From the IMG/VR virus record IMGVR_UViG_2563366827_000005: 33,965 nt of DNA. One strand, 5' to 3'. The number at the start of each line of letters is the position of its first letter. Within the stretch, counting starts at the first letter, position 1. This DNA is from a virus. Its lineage: Duplodnaviria; Heunggongvirae; Uroviricota; Caudoviricetes. The notes under the pieces are model-generated. The model searched no databases. It saw only the letters and a program-made list of their open reading frames with translations, and was not told the origin of the DNA. A program made the position numbers and the translations under genes. Below, one piece after another: positions 9,253-18,248 of this stretch.

Positions 9253-10038
9253 TCAAATAGGATTAAAACGTAGCGCAAATTCTCCATATTTTTTTTCAGC
9301 CCGATGAAACTTCACATGGCTTAGACCATTTTCACTACATATATTTTTGATTTTTGCAATATCCTGTTCCAGCGTTTTCAAACCAAAAAAAACATCAGTT
9401 ATTGCCTCTGGCTTAATCTTATAGGCTCCAATATTACTTTTATAAACTCTAATCTCCTCTTCATAATTCCAATCCATTGATTTCGTAGAGAGTGTGTCGA
9501 GTATTGATTTTTTAGGGTCTCTAAGATAATTTAATGGAATATATTGCTTCATATATACTATGTTTTGGGGGGTTATAAAGAACTCTGGATCCTTAGCAAT
9601 ATTGAGTTTTATAGCAACTCCGGTATGGTTCTCCGCATAATGAGACCATAAAAGAACATTTTCATTAGTTTTAGATAGCGATAAAATGCCATGGGCATTG
9701 ACGGCATTTGTTTTTATATTTTTAACTAGATCATTAAATGCTTGGCTGTTTTCTTTATACACATCTATTAAGTTCTGCTTTGCCTTCTTGGTTAATCCAT
9801 TCTGATATGAATATAACCAACAAGTAAAGTCTGATAAAGAGTATTCTTTTTCCTCATCCAGCATACAATCAAATGGATCATTAAAATTTTCCGCTGATGA
9901 AAAGTAAAATTCTTTTTTTTGAAGAATATCACAGGCTTTATCTATAGTTCTGAACTTGTAAACTGATTCTGGGTAGGTGCCTTCATTTATTCCTTTAAGG
10001 ATTAAATCTTTTTTATCCAACCATCTTATTCCTGACAT
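9253..10038 (-). CDS. Cargo gene 1: DUF2971-family protein; function unknown
   Basis: 261 aa from the ATG at 10038, preceded by a strong SD (AAGGAGG, about 7-nt spacer); the ORF-track start at 10059 is a TTG. Motifs VYKFR...FYFSSAENFNDPFD and LSLSKTNENVLLWSHYAENHTGVAI match what I recall as DUF2971 hallmarks. AT-rich. Confidence 0.5.
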   Translation of the reverse strand: MSGIRWLDKKDLILKGINEGTYPESVYKFRTIDKACDILQKKEFYFSSAENFNDPFDCMLDEEKEYSLSDFTCWLYSYQNGLTKKAKQNLIDVYKENSQAFNDLVKNIKTNAVNAHGILSLSKTNENVLLWSHYAENHTGVAIKLNIAKDPEFFITPQNIVYMKQYIPLNYLRDPKKSILDTLSTKSMDWNYEEEIRVYKSNIGAYKIKPEAITDVFFGLKTLEQDIAKIKNICSENGLSHVKFHRAEKKYGEFALRFNPI

Positions 10039-10368
10039 TTGATTCCTCCTTATTATCAATAACTTTCATTGGTCTTTTCGCACCACAATTTTAGACTAAA
10101 CACAATGCAAATCAACATGATTGTAGTGTCGGTGATTGTCTTACTGGTCACCAGATACTATACCGCTAAGATCAGATTAAAGGGAATGATTCTTTATTAT
10201 GTAGCAAACTTTAGAGGCCGGGAGTAATCGTGGGTAGCTCTGTTACACTGTTATAATGGGTTAGCATAGCCCATGTGATCAACGCCCGCTTTTGGCACAG
10301 AGCGGACTGTCAGATTAGGCTTTACTCTGTGCCATAGATATGTAAGCTCACACCAGAGTTCATACAAC

Positions 10369-10896
10369 TTATTGCGGCATTTCCGGCCATTCAGGATTTG
10401 CAGGATCCACACGACTGACCAGAACGCTGTAGCGTTCCCAAGCCTCCAGCCGTGTGCGCTCCTCCTCTGTTGCCATGTTCAGTCTGACCGCGCGCTCCAG
10501 CGGCAAAATCACGGATTCAGCATCTGCAAGAAGTCTGGCTTTCCGAATTTCTGCCTGCTGCTGTAATTCCTCTGCCGTATAAATGCGTTTAATCACTTTG
10601 CCGTCCTTAAACATCCAGCCCCCTGAAATATCCGCCCGTCGGTTAGCAGTAATATCCGCCACTTCAACCACACTTAATCCATCCGGTCTGATAGCTGTCA
10701 CATCCTTTTCCACATAGCGGATGATATTATCTTTGTCGTACGCTATTTTTATCGTGTCATCAGCAAAATACTTTTGTTCTTCGTACCAGTTCTTACCATC
10801 TTCTGTAAAAAACCAGACAACATCAAAGCCCTTTGTCAATTGATATTGTTCAACCGTTTTTGGATTACCCGCCGTAATATTTTTTAAATGCTGCAT
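10369..10896 (-). CDS. G: Tail fiber assembly protein G
   Basis: 175 aa, P2 gpG length and position directly downstream of H; N-terminal half is AT-rich. Confidence 0.85.
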   Translation of the reverse strand: MQHLKNITAGNPKTVEQYQLTKGFDVVWFFTEDGKNWYEEQKYFADDTIKIAYDKDNIIRYVEKDVTAIRPDGLSVVEVADITANRRADISGGWMFKDGKVIKRIYTAEELQQQAEIRKARLLADAESVILPLERAVRLNMATEEERTRLEAWERYSVLVSRVDPANPEWPEMPQ

Positions 10897-10899
10897 AAA

Positions 10900-12897
10900 T
10901 TATACCTGTGCCACGTTATACCATGTCCCGTTAATGTATTTCTGCACCGGTCTGTAATATACGCCACCAATGTTATCGGCAGAGTTTGAGCCGGTATCCT
11001 GAATAATAATGCCGGAATATACACACCCGGACGGTGCCTGATGTGTCCATGTCATGCCATTGTTCGCAGGTTTGTATGTGGCAGCACCACCAAGCCGGAT
11101 ATCCCGGACATAGCGGGAATCAAAGTTACCGTAATCTGTGGGATTAACACGACCCGTAATATTTATGGTTTTATTACTTTGAATGCTACCGGAGACAAAG
11201 CGCATAACATGAACGTTATTAGCATAAACATCCAGATTACCGTCACCATTTTGTTTAAAGCCCGTGTCATTATCACCCAAAACAATTGAGTTACCGCCAA
11301 GAACACTGGATGTTCCGATGCCCAGTGCACCATTCAATTGACCTCCAGATAATGACAACGCCCCAACATCAGCAGCAGTCGGTTTAATGTGCGAACTGTA
11401 AATTACATATACAGTTCCATCTGTAAGACCTGTTGGTTTATTCGCTGTATAAGTTGGTGATGTATGAATCGTTACGCTGGCGTTACTGGTATAATCCCAC
11501 TGAATATTAACACCTGTGGCGTAATTACCTATTTCAACATAAACATCATAGGTATCACCGGATGTATTCACCCATGCAAAATTAGTAAATCCAACCGATG
11601 TCCGTCGCCATAACGCACCAGTAAGACCTTTTGGATTTCCATTTCCCGCACGAAGAACAAGTTCAGATATACCAGCCTGCATAGGGGAGTTAACATTATA
11701 TCCAGCACCACCAATCAGACTTATGTAAACCACGGAACTGGCCTGTGGCATGGTTACAGTTGCCAGCCTGAACCATCCTGTACCACCACTAAAAGACATG
11801 GTTGTTGAATTTGTTGCTCCAATATTGCGCAGGAATAATCTTTTATCAGGAATATCCGCGCCATTTTGATCTTTCTGAAGACGTTTTTCAGCATTGTCAT
11901 AGGCAGACTTCACCGCTTTTGGTGTTGCAGCCAGCGTTTCAGAATCGCTGTTGATGGCACTATTGAGCTGAACAAGACCTTTCCGCGCCGTGGTGGCGTC
12001 CTGTGCAGTGTATTTTCCGTTAGCAAGGTCATACGCTGTCTTAACCGCCTTTGGCGTTGCCGCAAGCGTTTCAGAATCGCTGTTGGTGGCGCTACTGAGC
12101 TGGACAAGACCTTTTCGCGCTGTGGTGGCGTCCTGTGCAGTGTATTTCCCATTAGCAAGGTCATATGCTGCCTTTACCGCTTTTGGTGTTGCGGCGAGCG
12201 TTTCAGACGTGCTGTTGGTGGCGCTACTGAGCTGGACAAGGCCTTTTCGCGCTGTGGTGGCATCCTGCGCAGTGTATTTCCCGTTAGCAAGATCATACGC
12301 GGCCTTTACCGCTTTCGGCGTTGCGGCCAGTGTTTCAGACATGCTGTTGGTCGCATTGCTTAACTGAGTAAAACCTTTTGCGGTCAGCGAGGCGTCCGGG
12401 TGACGTCGTGACTGTCCATGCTCTGCAATTTTGTCATCAACGTAATCCTGCGTCGCCATCACCGTTGTGGTGTCAATGGTCAGCGCCACTGAGGCCACAC
12501 TGCTGACGATGATGACCATGCGACAGGTCTGCGAACGCCCTGAGCCTTCGGCAAGAGCTGGCTTATAACTTTCGGCCATGTTCGCCACGGCAATTAATGT
12601 TCCCGCATCATCGTACAGGCCAAGCTCACGCATCCAGAAACCGCCCACCTCCGGCGGAATAACCAGCTCTGCAATAATATAATTACTGTTTCGTTTGTCC
12701 TGGCTGATTTTGTTCAGCGCATGTCGCCAGACTTCATGGATAAGCCCGGTCTGTCCGGCATCCGGGACAGGCAATTTACCACCTCCATCCCCGACGGCCA
12801 TCGTGGTAATGTTGACCTTCCGCCCTCCCGGCGCGGTTGCCGCTGCCAGCTTTGCTGCACCGGCAGTGGTGATAACGGTTCTGAATTTTGTGCTCAT
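10900..12897 (-). CDS. H: Tail fiber protein H
   Basis: 665 aa; N-terminus P2 gpH-like, central tandem 44-aa repeats, C-terminal receptor-binding region of lower GC. Confidence 0.85.
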   Translation of the reverse strand: MSTKFRTVITTAGAAKLAAATAPGGRKVNITTMAVGDGGGKLPVPDAGQTGLIHEVWRHALNKISQDKRNSNYIIAELVIPPEVGGFWMRELGLYDDAGTLIAVANMAESYKPALAEGSGRSQTCRMVIIVSSVASVALTIDTTTVMATQDYVDDKIAEHGQSRRHPDASLTAKGFTQLSNATNSMSETLAATPKAVKAAYDLANGKYTAQDATTARKGLVQLSSATNSTSETLAATPKAVKAAYDLANGKYTAQDATTARKGLVQLSSATNSDSETLAATPKAVKTAYDLANGKYTAQDATTARKGLVQLNSAINSDSETLAATPKAVKSAYDNAEKRLQKDQNGADIPDKRLFLRNIGATNSTTMSFSGGTGWFRLATVTMPQASSVVYISLIGGAGYNVNSPMQAGISELVLRAGNGNPKGLTGALWRRTSVGFTNFAWVNTSGDTYDVYVEIGNYATGVNIQWDYTSNASVTIHTSPTYTANKPTGLTDGTVYVIYSSHIKPTAADVGALSLSGGQLNGALGIGTSSVLGGNSIVLGDNDTGFKQNGDGNLDVYANNVHVMRFVSGSIQSNKTINITGRVNPTDYGNFDSRYVRDIRLGGAATYKPANNGMTWTHQAPSGCVYSGIIIQDTGSNSADNIGGVYYRPVQKYINGTWYNVAQV
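11893..12378. repeat. Tandem direct repeat, about 3.7 copies of a 132-bp unit, inside tail fiber gene H
   Basis: Near-identical 132-bp units visible in the DNA (compare 11941.. with 12073..); they encode KG[LF][VT]QLSxATNSxSETLAATPKAVKAAYDLANGKYTAQDATTAR four times in frame. Confidence 0.85.
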
Positions 12898-12907
12898 TCT
12901 TCCTCAC

Positions 12908-13438
12908 TTATCCGGGGTAAACCGTAATTACATCGCCGTCGTAAGCCACACCACCGGCGAACAGGTAGCCGGGAATGTCCCGGGTAATGTTCAGACCAAT
13001 AAGGTGACGGCTTGCAGGTTTGGCATCGGCAATCAGCCGTTCCATTTCCTGATACATTGCCTCTGTGATACCGCTTTCCAGTACACCAATATCAAGCCGG
13101 AAGGTGCCGGGCGGGTCACTGTTTTCCCACCACTCCGTCACGTTGATGAGATAGCCGAGCGGCTCCACCACACGCCGGATTGCGCCTATAGTGCCTTTAT
13201 GACAGTGGATGAAATAGGCATCGCGGATAACGGCGCGTTTTGTCGCTTCCGGCCACTTTTCATCCCACCTGTCGACCGAAAACGCCCACGCCAGCCACGG
13301 CAGCAGATTTGCCGGGCAGGTGTCCGGGTTCCACAGCTCACGAATACTGGCCGGTGTTTTTTCAATTTCCGCACAGGCTTTTGCGGCAGCGACTTCAAGC
13401 AGTGATGAGCCGGTCGGCAGCAGGCGCGAATCACTCAT
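12908..13438 (-). CDS. I: Baseplate assembly protein I
   Basis: 176 aa, P2 gpI length and synteny. Confidence 0.85.
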   Translation of the reverse strand: MSDSRLLPTGSSLLEVAAAKACAEIEKTPASIRELWNPDTCPANLLPWLAWAFSVDRWDEKWPEATKRAVIRDAYFIHCHKGTIGAIRRVVEPLGYLINVTEWWENSDPPGTFRLDIGVLESGITEAMYQEMERLIADAKPASRHLIGLNITRDIPGYLFAGGVAYDGDVITVYPG

Positions 13439-14339
13439 CCGAGCCTCCGGTCACGACGCGGTATTCGGTACAGAAAGACGCCTGCGTACTGTTGAGCACG
13501 ATGTCGGCCAGTGGTGCAGCCAGTTCGACACGCTGCACGCCTTCCACATGCAAAGCGGCATAAATGGCAGACAGACGGATGTCGCGCCCCAGCCGGTGCT
13601 GTGCCGTGATGTACGCTTCCAGTTTTTTCACGGCGGCGGCGCGGATGGGTTCGCTTTCGGGACCAGGGTAAAGGTAAAGCGTGGCGTTTATCTGGTATTC
13701 AACGATGGCGGCAGACTGCACGGTCACGCGGTCGGCCACCGGCCTGACGTCCTCACCATTAAGGGCGTTGCGCACCACCGCCAGCAGGTCTTCGGATGCC
13801 ACACCGTTATTTTCACGTGACAGCACAGAGATGGTGACGCAGGCCGGAGACGGACTGGTGACAGAGATATCCGCGACACGCCCGTCGGCACTGCGACCAT
13901 GATACTGATAGGCTCCCACCGACCCGGCGACGCTTAAGCCCTCAAACGCCTGCTGAATACGCAGACGATAATCGGTGTCAGACTCCATCACTGCCGGTGT
14001 CGGCGGGAGGGTCGAATCATCTGCCGGGGTGATAATCAGGCGCGTGGTGTTGTAATTGGCACCAATCACATCAAGGTCATTACCGGCGGCACAGGCCAGC
14101 ATCACCGCCCGTGCGGCCTCATTCACACGCTGACGCCAGATAAGCTCACGATAAGCATTTTCCTCCAGCAGTTTGACGAGAGGCTCAGATTCCAGCGTCA
14201 GGGTACGGGCGACCGCCTCCTGCTGGTCTTCCGGGTAAAGGGAAATCAGTGTCGCCTTGCGTTCGGCGAGAATGGTTTCAAAGTCCAGCTCCTCGACCAC
14301 ATCCGGTGCGGGTAGCTGGTTCAGGTCGATAATCGGCAT
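13431..14339 (-). CDS. J: Baseplate assembly protein J
   Basis: 302 aa, P2 gpJ length and synteny; overlaps the I start by 8 nt. Confidence 0.85.
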   Translation of the reverse strand: MPIIDLNQLPAPDVVEELDFETILAERKATLISLYPEDQQEAVARTLTLESEPLVKLLEENAYRELIWRQRVNEAARAVMLACAAGNDLDVIGANYNTTRLIITPADDSTLPPTPAVMESDTDYRLRIQQAFEGLSVAGSVGAYQYHGRSADGRVADISVTSPSPACVTISVLSRENNGVASEDLLAVVRNALNGEDVRPVADRVTVQSAAIVEYQINATLYLYPGPESEPIRAAAVKKLEAYITAQHRLGRDIRLSAIYAALHVEGVQRVELAAPLADIVLNSTQASFCTEYRVVTGGSDE

Positions 14340-14343
14340 GGTT

Positions 14344-14691
14344 TCAACTCACAGGAATGGTTAACGAAAGTGGCTGGCCGGTGTCGTTGTGCTGACCGGT
14401 TAACGTGACCGTCATTCGCCCGTCAAAACTGCGCTCAGTGGTGACGGATGACAGGGTGACGCGGGGTTCCCATTTCAGCACTGCCATGTAACAGGCGACC
14501 TTAATCTGCAACTCAAGCGCCGGAGTCTGCGGCTGGTCAATCATTGACGCCAGCAACGAGCCGTAATCACGACGCATCACCCGTGAGCCGACAGGTGTGC
14601 GCAGGATATCGCCGATACTCTGGCTGATATGCTCAAGGTCAGTGACAGTCAGGCCATCACTGCGATTCATTCCGAGATAACGCGCTGTCAT
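14344..14691 (-). CDS. W: Baseplate wedge protein W (gp25-like)
   Basis: 115 aa, P2 gpW length and synteny. Confidence 0.85.
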   Translation of the reverse strand: MTARYLGMNRSDGLTVTDLEHISQSIGDILRTPVGSRVMRRDYGSLLASMIDQPQTPALELQIKVACYMAVLKWEPRVTLSSVTTERSFDGRMTVTLTGQHNDTGQPLSLTIPVS

Positions 14692-15323
14692 AGAGGACTC
14701 CCGGTTGTGCCGCCGCTGTCGCCTGGGTGTTTGTGTGTATGCAGTACCTTCCCGTTTGATGAGAGTTCACCGCCAGTGTGTTCAATGTTGCCGCGCATCG
14801 TCCCGCCCTTCTGCACTTCCAGCGTGCCGGTAATCAGCTTGTTAGTGCAGACCACCTCCGGTGTGTCCAGGGTGACGCGGGTTGATGCTTTCACCACGAC
14901 CACCGGCACCATGGCAGTAACAGAATCAGAAGCCGTCACGCTGGCCGTTTTAATTCCGCTTACCGTGAGTGCACTGGTTTCGGGTTCATACTCAATCACC
15001 GCCCCGTCAGGGAAACGGATATGCATGGCATCCGCCGACGCAGACGGCGCGGGGTTATCGCCGGAATAAATCCCCGGCAGAACGAACGCCGTGTCGAGTT
15101 CACCGCCCACGGCCAGAATCAGCACCTGTTCCCCCACGGAAGGTGCCCACCATGTGCGCGAACGCCCGGCACGATGGGTCAGCCACTGCAGCCAGTCGGT
15201 GCACATGCTGCCGGTCTGCACACGGCAGCGACCGGCGTTAAGGTCGGTTTCGACGACAAGGCCGGTACGAATCATGTTGCGCAGTGCGCGCGCGAGTTCC
15301 TGAATATTTGCAAGAGTGTTCAT
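14688..15323 (-). CDS. V: Baseplate spike protein V
   Basis: 211 aa starting MNTLANIQELARAL, P2 gpV length and synteny; first gene of the V-W-J-I-H-G operon. Confidence 0.85.
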   Translation of the reverse strand: MNTLANIQELARALRNMIRTGLVVETDLNAGRCRVQTGSMCTDWLQWLTHRAGRSRTWWAPSVGEQVLILAVGGELDTAFVLPGIYSGDNPAPSASADAMHIRFPDGAVIEYEPETSALTVSGIKTASVTASDSVTAMVPVVVVKASTRVTLDTPEVVCTNKLITGTLEVQKGGTMRGNIEHTGGELSSNGKVLHTHKHPGDSGGTTGSPL

Positions 15324-15335
15324 AACGGGAAGGAT

Positions 15336-15357
15336 GCCGCCGGGTCATACCGGCGGC
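15336..15357. terminator. Hairpin gccgccgg-gtcata-ccggcggc between S and V; candidate terminator or attenuator between late operons
   Basis: Perfect 8-bp GC stem with 6-nt loop in the 66-bp S-V gap; no strong U-tract, so function is uncertain. Confidence 0.3.
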
Positions 15358-15389
15358 AATGTGACGATGAGGTGTCGGAAATGGCACAA

Positions 15390-15842
15390 CTAACGGTCGA
15401 GATGAGCCAGGATAATCTCTTCAATCATCTGCACATCCTCACCGGTAAAGCCGAGCAGAGGACGCGCCGGATAATCAATTTTCTTACCGTCTTTCCGGGT
15501 TTCTTCCGACAGACCGAACTGATGCACACTGGCGATTTTCGGTGACTTCCCGCCGTAAAACTCCATTGATGACTGTTCCGGGCTGGCGCGGATATGCAAA
15601 AAACGACTGGTGATAAGTTTCGCAAACATTTTTCGCTTAACACGACCGGTCTTTTTTCTGGAGCTCTGCTGCTGGCGTGGCGCATAGGGTGTGCCATCCG
15701 GGGCTTTCTGTGCCATCACCCGACGCTGCTGACTCTGCCGCAGGCGTTTCGCCAGTTCGGCACTCAGTCGCCGACGCCCTGACGGTGACAGCGATTCAAT
15801 AAGTCCAGTCAGCCGGTCTTCAAAACGCTTAAACTCATTCAT
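15390..15842 (-). CDS. S: Tail completion protein S
   Basis: 150 aa, P2 gpS length and synteny. Confidence 0.85.
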   Translation of the reverse strand: MNEFKRFEDRLTGLIESLSPSGRRRLSAELAKRLRQSQQRRVMAQKAPDGTPYAPRQQQSSRKKTGRVKRKMFAKLITSRFLHIRASPEQSSMEFYGGKSPKIASVHQFGLSEETRKDGKKIDYPARPLLGFTGEDVQMIEEIILAHLDR

Positions 15843-16302
15843 CCCACTTGCTCACCAGTTCGCCATTGATATACAGCTCCATCGGGCGGGTGACCGGCTC
15901 CGGCGGCGGGGGTTCCGGGATATTCTTCACATGCAGTGCGCCATCCACCTCACTGACCAGCGTGCGCTCGGTCAGCATCAGGCTGATGCTGATATCAAAG
16001 CTGCTGTCATTGTTGATGTCCGCATAAAACGTGAAGCCCTTTTTCTGGCCTGCGTCGGTGGTCATGATGTCGGGCTGATTTTCCCGCAGCCACGCCAGCA
16101 CCGGCACGATGAGCAGGTCAAAATCACCGGTAAAGTCGGTCACAATGACATTGAGCGTGTAACGCTTTTCGAATGACAGCGACGTCGCCAGCGTGGAGGC
16201 AATACTCCCGTTATCCACGAATATCCGAAGCATCTCGGGGCTTGTTTTCAGCACCGTGACGGCATCAGTCAGCGCCCTGCGCAGGCTGTCGGGTTTGAGC
16301 AT
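15835..16302 (-). CDS. R: Tail completion protein R
   Basis: 155 aa, P2 gpR length and synteny. Confidence 0.85.
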   Translation of the reverse strand: MLKPDSLRRALTDAVTVLKTSPEMLRIFVDNGSIASTLATSLSFEKRYTLNVIVTDFTGDFDLLIVPVLAWLRENQPDIMTTDAGQKKGFTFYADINNDSSFDISISLMLTERTLVSEVDGALHVKNIPEPPPPEPVTRPMELYINGELVSKWDE

Positions 16303-16555
16303 CGTTTTCGTCCTGACAGTGTTTAATCATTTTTATCTGGCTGGCACAGCGTGCCAGCGCGTTCTCAAGCTGCCGGATATCGGCACTTAAATCACCGTTC
16401 GTCTCCGGGTCACTGCCCGGCATCGGGCAAAGACTCACTTTCGGGCAGGCGTTGGCGACAATCACTGGCGTCGGTGCAGACCGGGCGCTGGTGCAACCGG
16501 CGCACAGCATCAGGCAGGCCAGCGCCGTACCAGCGGCGAAAATCTTCGTTTTCAT
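16265..16555 (-). CDS. lysC: LysC, Rz1-like outer-membrane spanin lipoprotein, embedded out of frame in lysB and overlapping R
   Basis: 96 aa with signal peptide and lipobox LCAGC, Pro-rich mature part; overlaps lysB in an alternative frame. Confidence 0.7.
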   Translation of the reverse strand: MKTKIFAAGTALACLMLCAGCTSARSAPTPVIVANACPKVSLCPMPGSDPETNGDLSADIRQLENALARCASQIKMIKHCQDENDAQTRQPAQGAD

Positions 16556-16835
16556 TCAGTAACCTCGTGATGGTTTTCTCGCGCTGTGCTTCACGCTTCG
16601 CGGCGTTCTCCAGTTCCTGACGCAGTGCCACCTGCGCCAGCTCGTTTTTGTCTGCTCTGGTGAGGGCAACATGAAGCTGATTTTTCAGCATGGTGATGGT
16701 CGTCTGCTGCCCGCTGGCGACGTTGTTCACCCTGTCCAGCGAGGCGCGCAGGCTGGCGTTTTCATGCTTCGCCAGAAACAGCCCCGCCACCGCCAGCGAT
16801 AACAACACGACCAGCACAATCATCAGCTTTGACAT
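16410..16835 (-). CDS. lysB: LysB, Rz-like inner-membrane spanin
   Basis: 141 aa, N-terminal transmembrane helix followed by coiled-coil; P2 LysB length. Confidence 0.8.
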   Translation of the reverse strand: MSKLMIVLVVLLSLAVAGLFLAKHENASLRASLDRVNNVASGQQTTITMLKNQLHVALTRADKNELAQVALRQELENAAKREAQREKTITRLLNENEDFRRWYGAGLPDAVRRLHQRPVCTDASDCRQRLPESESLPDAGQ

Positions 16836-17248
16836 GGTTCCCGCCCCTCAAAACGCTGACGGCAGGCCGTACGAATCAGCCGGAAGAACACCGATGCCAC
16901 GAGATAAATCAGCGCGGTAAAAATCCACCCGGTAGCGACCAGCGAGCTAAACGTCGCCACCACCACTACCAGAACCGCCGCCCGTCTGCGCCACGGCACC
17001 GGCTGCAAAAACAGCGACGTGACAATCTTCACGGCCAGCGATTCCGGCGGCAGCTCCCGCCCGTAGCGTTCCAGTACATACTCAGTGGCATACACGCCGA
17101 CACCACCGGAAACCACACAGATAACCGTCGCCAGAATCGCCCAGGCAGCGACAAAATTGACGGCCACGCTCTGCGGGTAAATCAGTGACAGTGCCAGCAT
17201 CAGCGCCAGCGACACGTTCAGCATCAGTGAAAGGGATAATTTCTTCAT
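16823..17248 (-). CDS. lysA: LysA, multi-pass membrane lysis-timing protein
   Basis: 141 aa with several hydrophobic helices; P2 LysA length and position. Confidence 0.8.
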   Translation of the reverse strand: MKKLSLSLMLNVSLALMLALSLIYPQSVAVNFVAAWAILATVICVVSGGVGVYATEYVLERYGRELPPESLAVKIVTSLFLQPVPWRRRAAVLVVVVATFSSLVATGWIFTALIYLVASVFFRLIRTACRQRFEGREPCQS

Positions 17249-17262
17249 GGTGTTTACTCCGT

Positions 17263-17760
17263 TTAAGCCGGTACGCCGCCAGCGGTACGCCAGACGGTGA
17301 CCAGTTTTTCCAGTGAATGCTCACGCTGACCGTAACCGGCACCCGGCAGGGACGCCCAGATATTGCGACAGCGTGAAATGGCGCGCTCAATGCGTCCCGC
17401 CCGGATGTCATCCAGTGCACCGCGTTCGCGGATCAACTGAATGGCGAGTCTGTCCTGTGACAACGGACTGAAATCAGGCAGGGCAAGCTGTTTGCGGTAG
17501 TGCGGCCAGAACAGGTAAAGCTGCTGATAGCGACCGGAGGCCGTGGACTTTTCACCGCGACGGTTAAACACCTTCGCCGGTCGGCCATGCGCGAACGGGT
17601 GGTCACTGTAGTCGGTGAAAATTTCCGGCTTCCCGTCCAGTCCGGTGACTATCACGTCATAGCCCCGGTTTTTCGTCAGCGGATGATTCGCCGTCCCTTC
17701 GGACACGGCCAGCATGTCGAGAAAGGCGGCGATATTCTGATGCGTGTTAATTACCGGCAT
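17263..17760 (-). CDS. K: Endolysin K
   Basis: 165 aa, P2 gpK length, located between holin and lysA. Confidence 0.85.
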   Translation of the reverse strand: MPVINTHQNIAAFLDMLAVSEGTANHPLTKNRGYDVIVTGLDGKPEIFTDYSDHPFAHGRPAKVFNRRGEKSTASGRYQQLYLFWPHYRKQLALPDFSPLSQDRLAIQLIRERGALDDIRAGRIERAISRCRNIWASLPGAGYGQREHSLEKLVTVWRTAGGVPA

Positions 17761-18041
17761 TACGGTTTCCCCCTGCCCTTAAAACGGCGCTGAATGGCAA
17801 TCTCAATCACCTGATAACCGGCGATACCCAGCATGGAGCCGATGCCGCACACCGCAGGCAGTGACAGGTCAGGGAACTGCACCAGAACAACACCGGCAAC
17901 CATCGAGACAAAACCACCGAGCAACATGCGCCCGATAAACAGACGCGGGGTGATGGGTTCACCACCGGCAAGCACCTTGCCGACAACAATCAGCACCCCA
18001 ATCATGAAAAGCGACAGGACGCTTTTTTCTTCTGCTGTCAT
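17760..18041 (-). CDS. Y: Holin Y
   Basis: 93 aa with hydrophobic transmembrane segments and charged C-terminus; P2 gpY length. Confidence 0.85.
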   Translation of the reverse strand: MTAEEKSVLSLFMIGVLIVVGKVLAGGEPITPRLFIGRMLLGGFVSMVAGVVLVQFPDLSLPAVCGIGSMLGIAGYQVIEIAIQRRFKGRGKP

Positions 18042-18044
18042 GCG

Positions 18045-18248
18045 TTACTCCCACAGATTGACAGTTTCAGCCACGGGCGCGGTCTGAACGTCGGGCAGTT
18101 CGACGGCGGTGCCGTGTGGCAGCACCGCACCCAGTTCAGCCAGTCCCGGATTTGCGGCGAGCACGGCTTCGACCACGCCCTCAGTGCGCCCGTAATACCG
18201 GACACAGATGGCGTCGAGCGTGTCGCCCTGTAGCGCAAAGGTCTTCAT
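18045..18248 (-). CDS. X: Tail protein X (LysM-like)
   Basis: 67 aa from the internal ATG at 18248 (MKTFALQGDTLDAICVRYYG...); the ORF-track N-terminal extension was rejected. Confidence 0.8.
   Translation of the reverse strand: MKTFALQGDTLDAICVRYYGRTEGVVEAVLAANPGLAELGAVLPHGTAVELPDVQTAPVAETVNLWE

Noticed and set aside
11866-12367. Two repetitive + strand ORFs (165 aa and 125 aa) and a - strand 84-aa ORF overlapping the H repeat region
   Set aside because: They are antisense or alternative-frame shadows of the 132-bp tandem repeat inside H; the periodic protein sequence is an artefact of the repeat, not evidence of a separate gene.
11893-12378. Possible CRISPR-like array
   Set aside because: The repeats are 132 bp, directly tandem with no unique spacers, and in frame within a tail fiber gene; this is not a CRISPR array.
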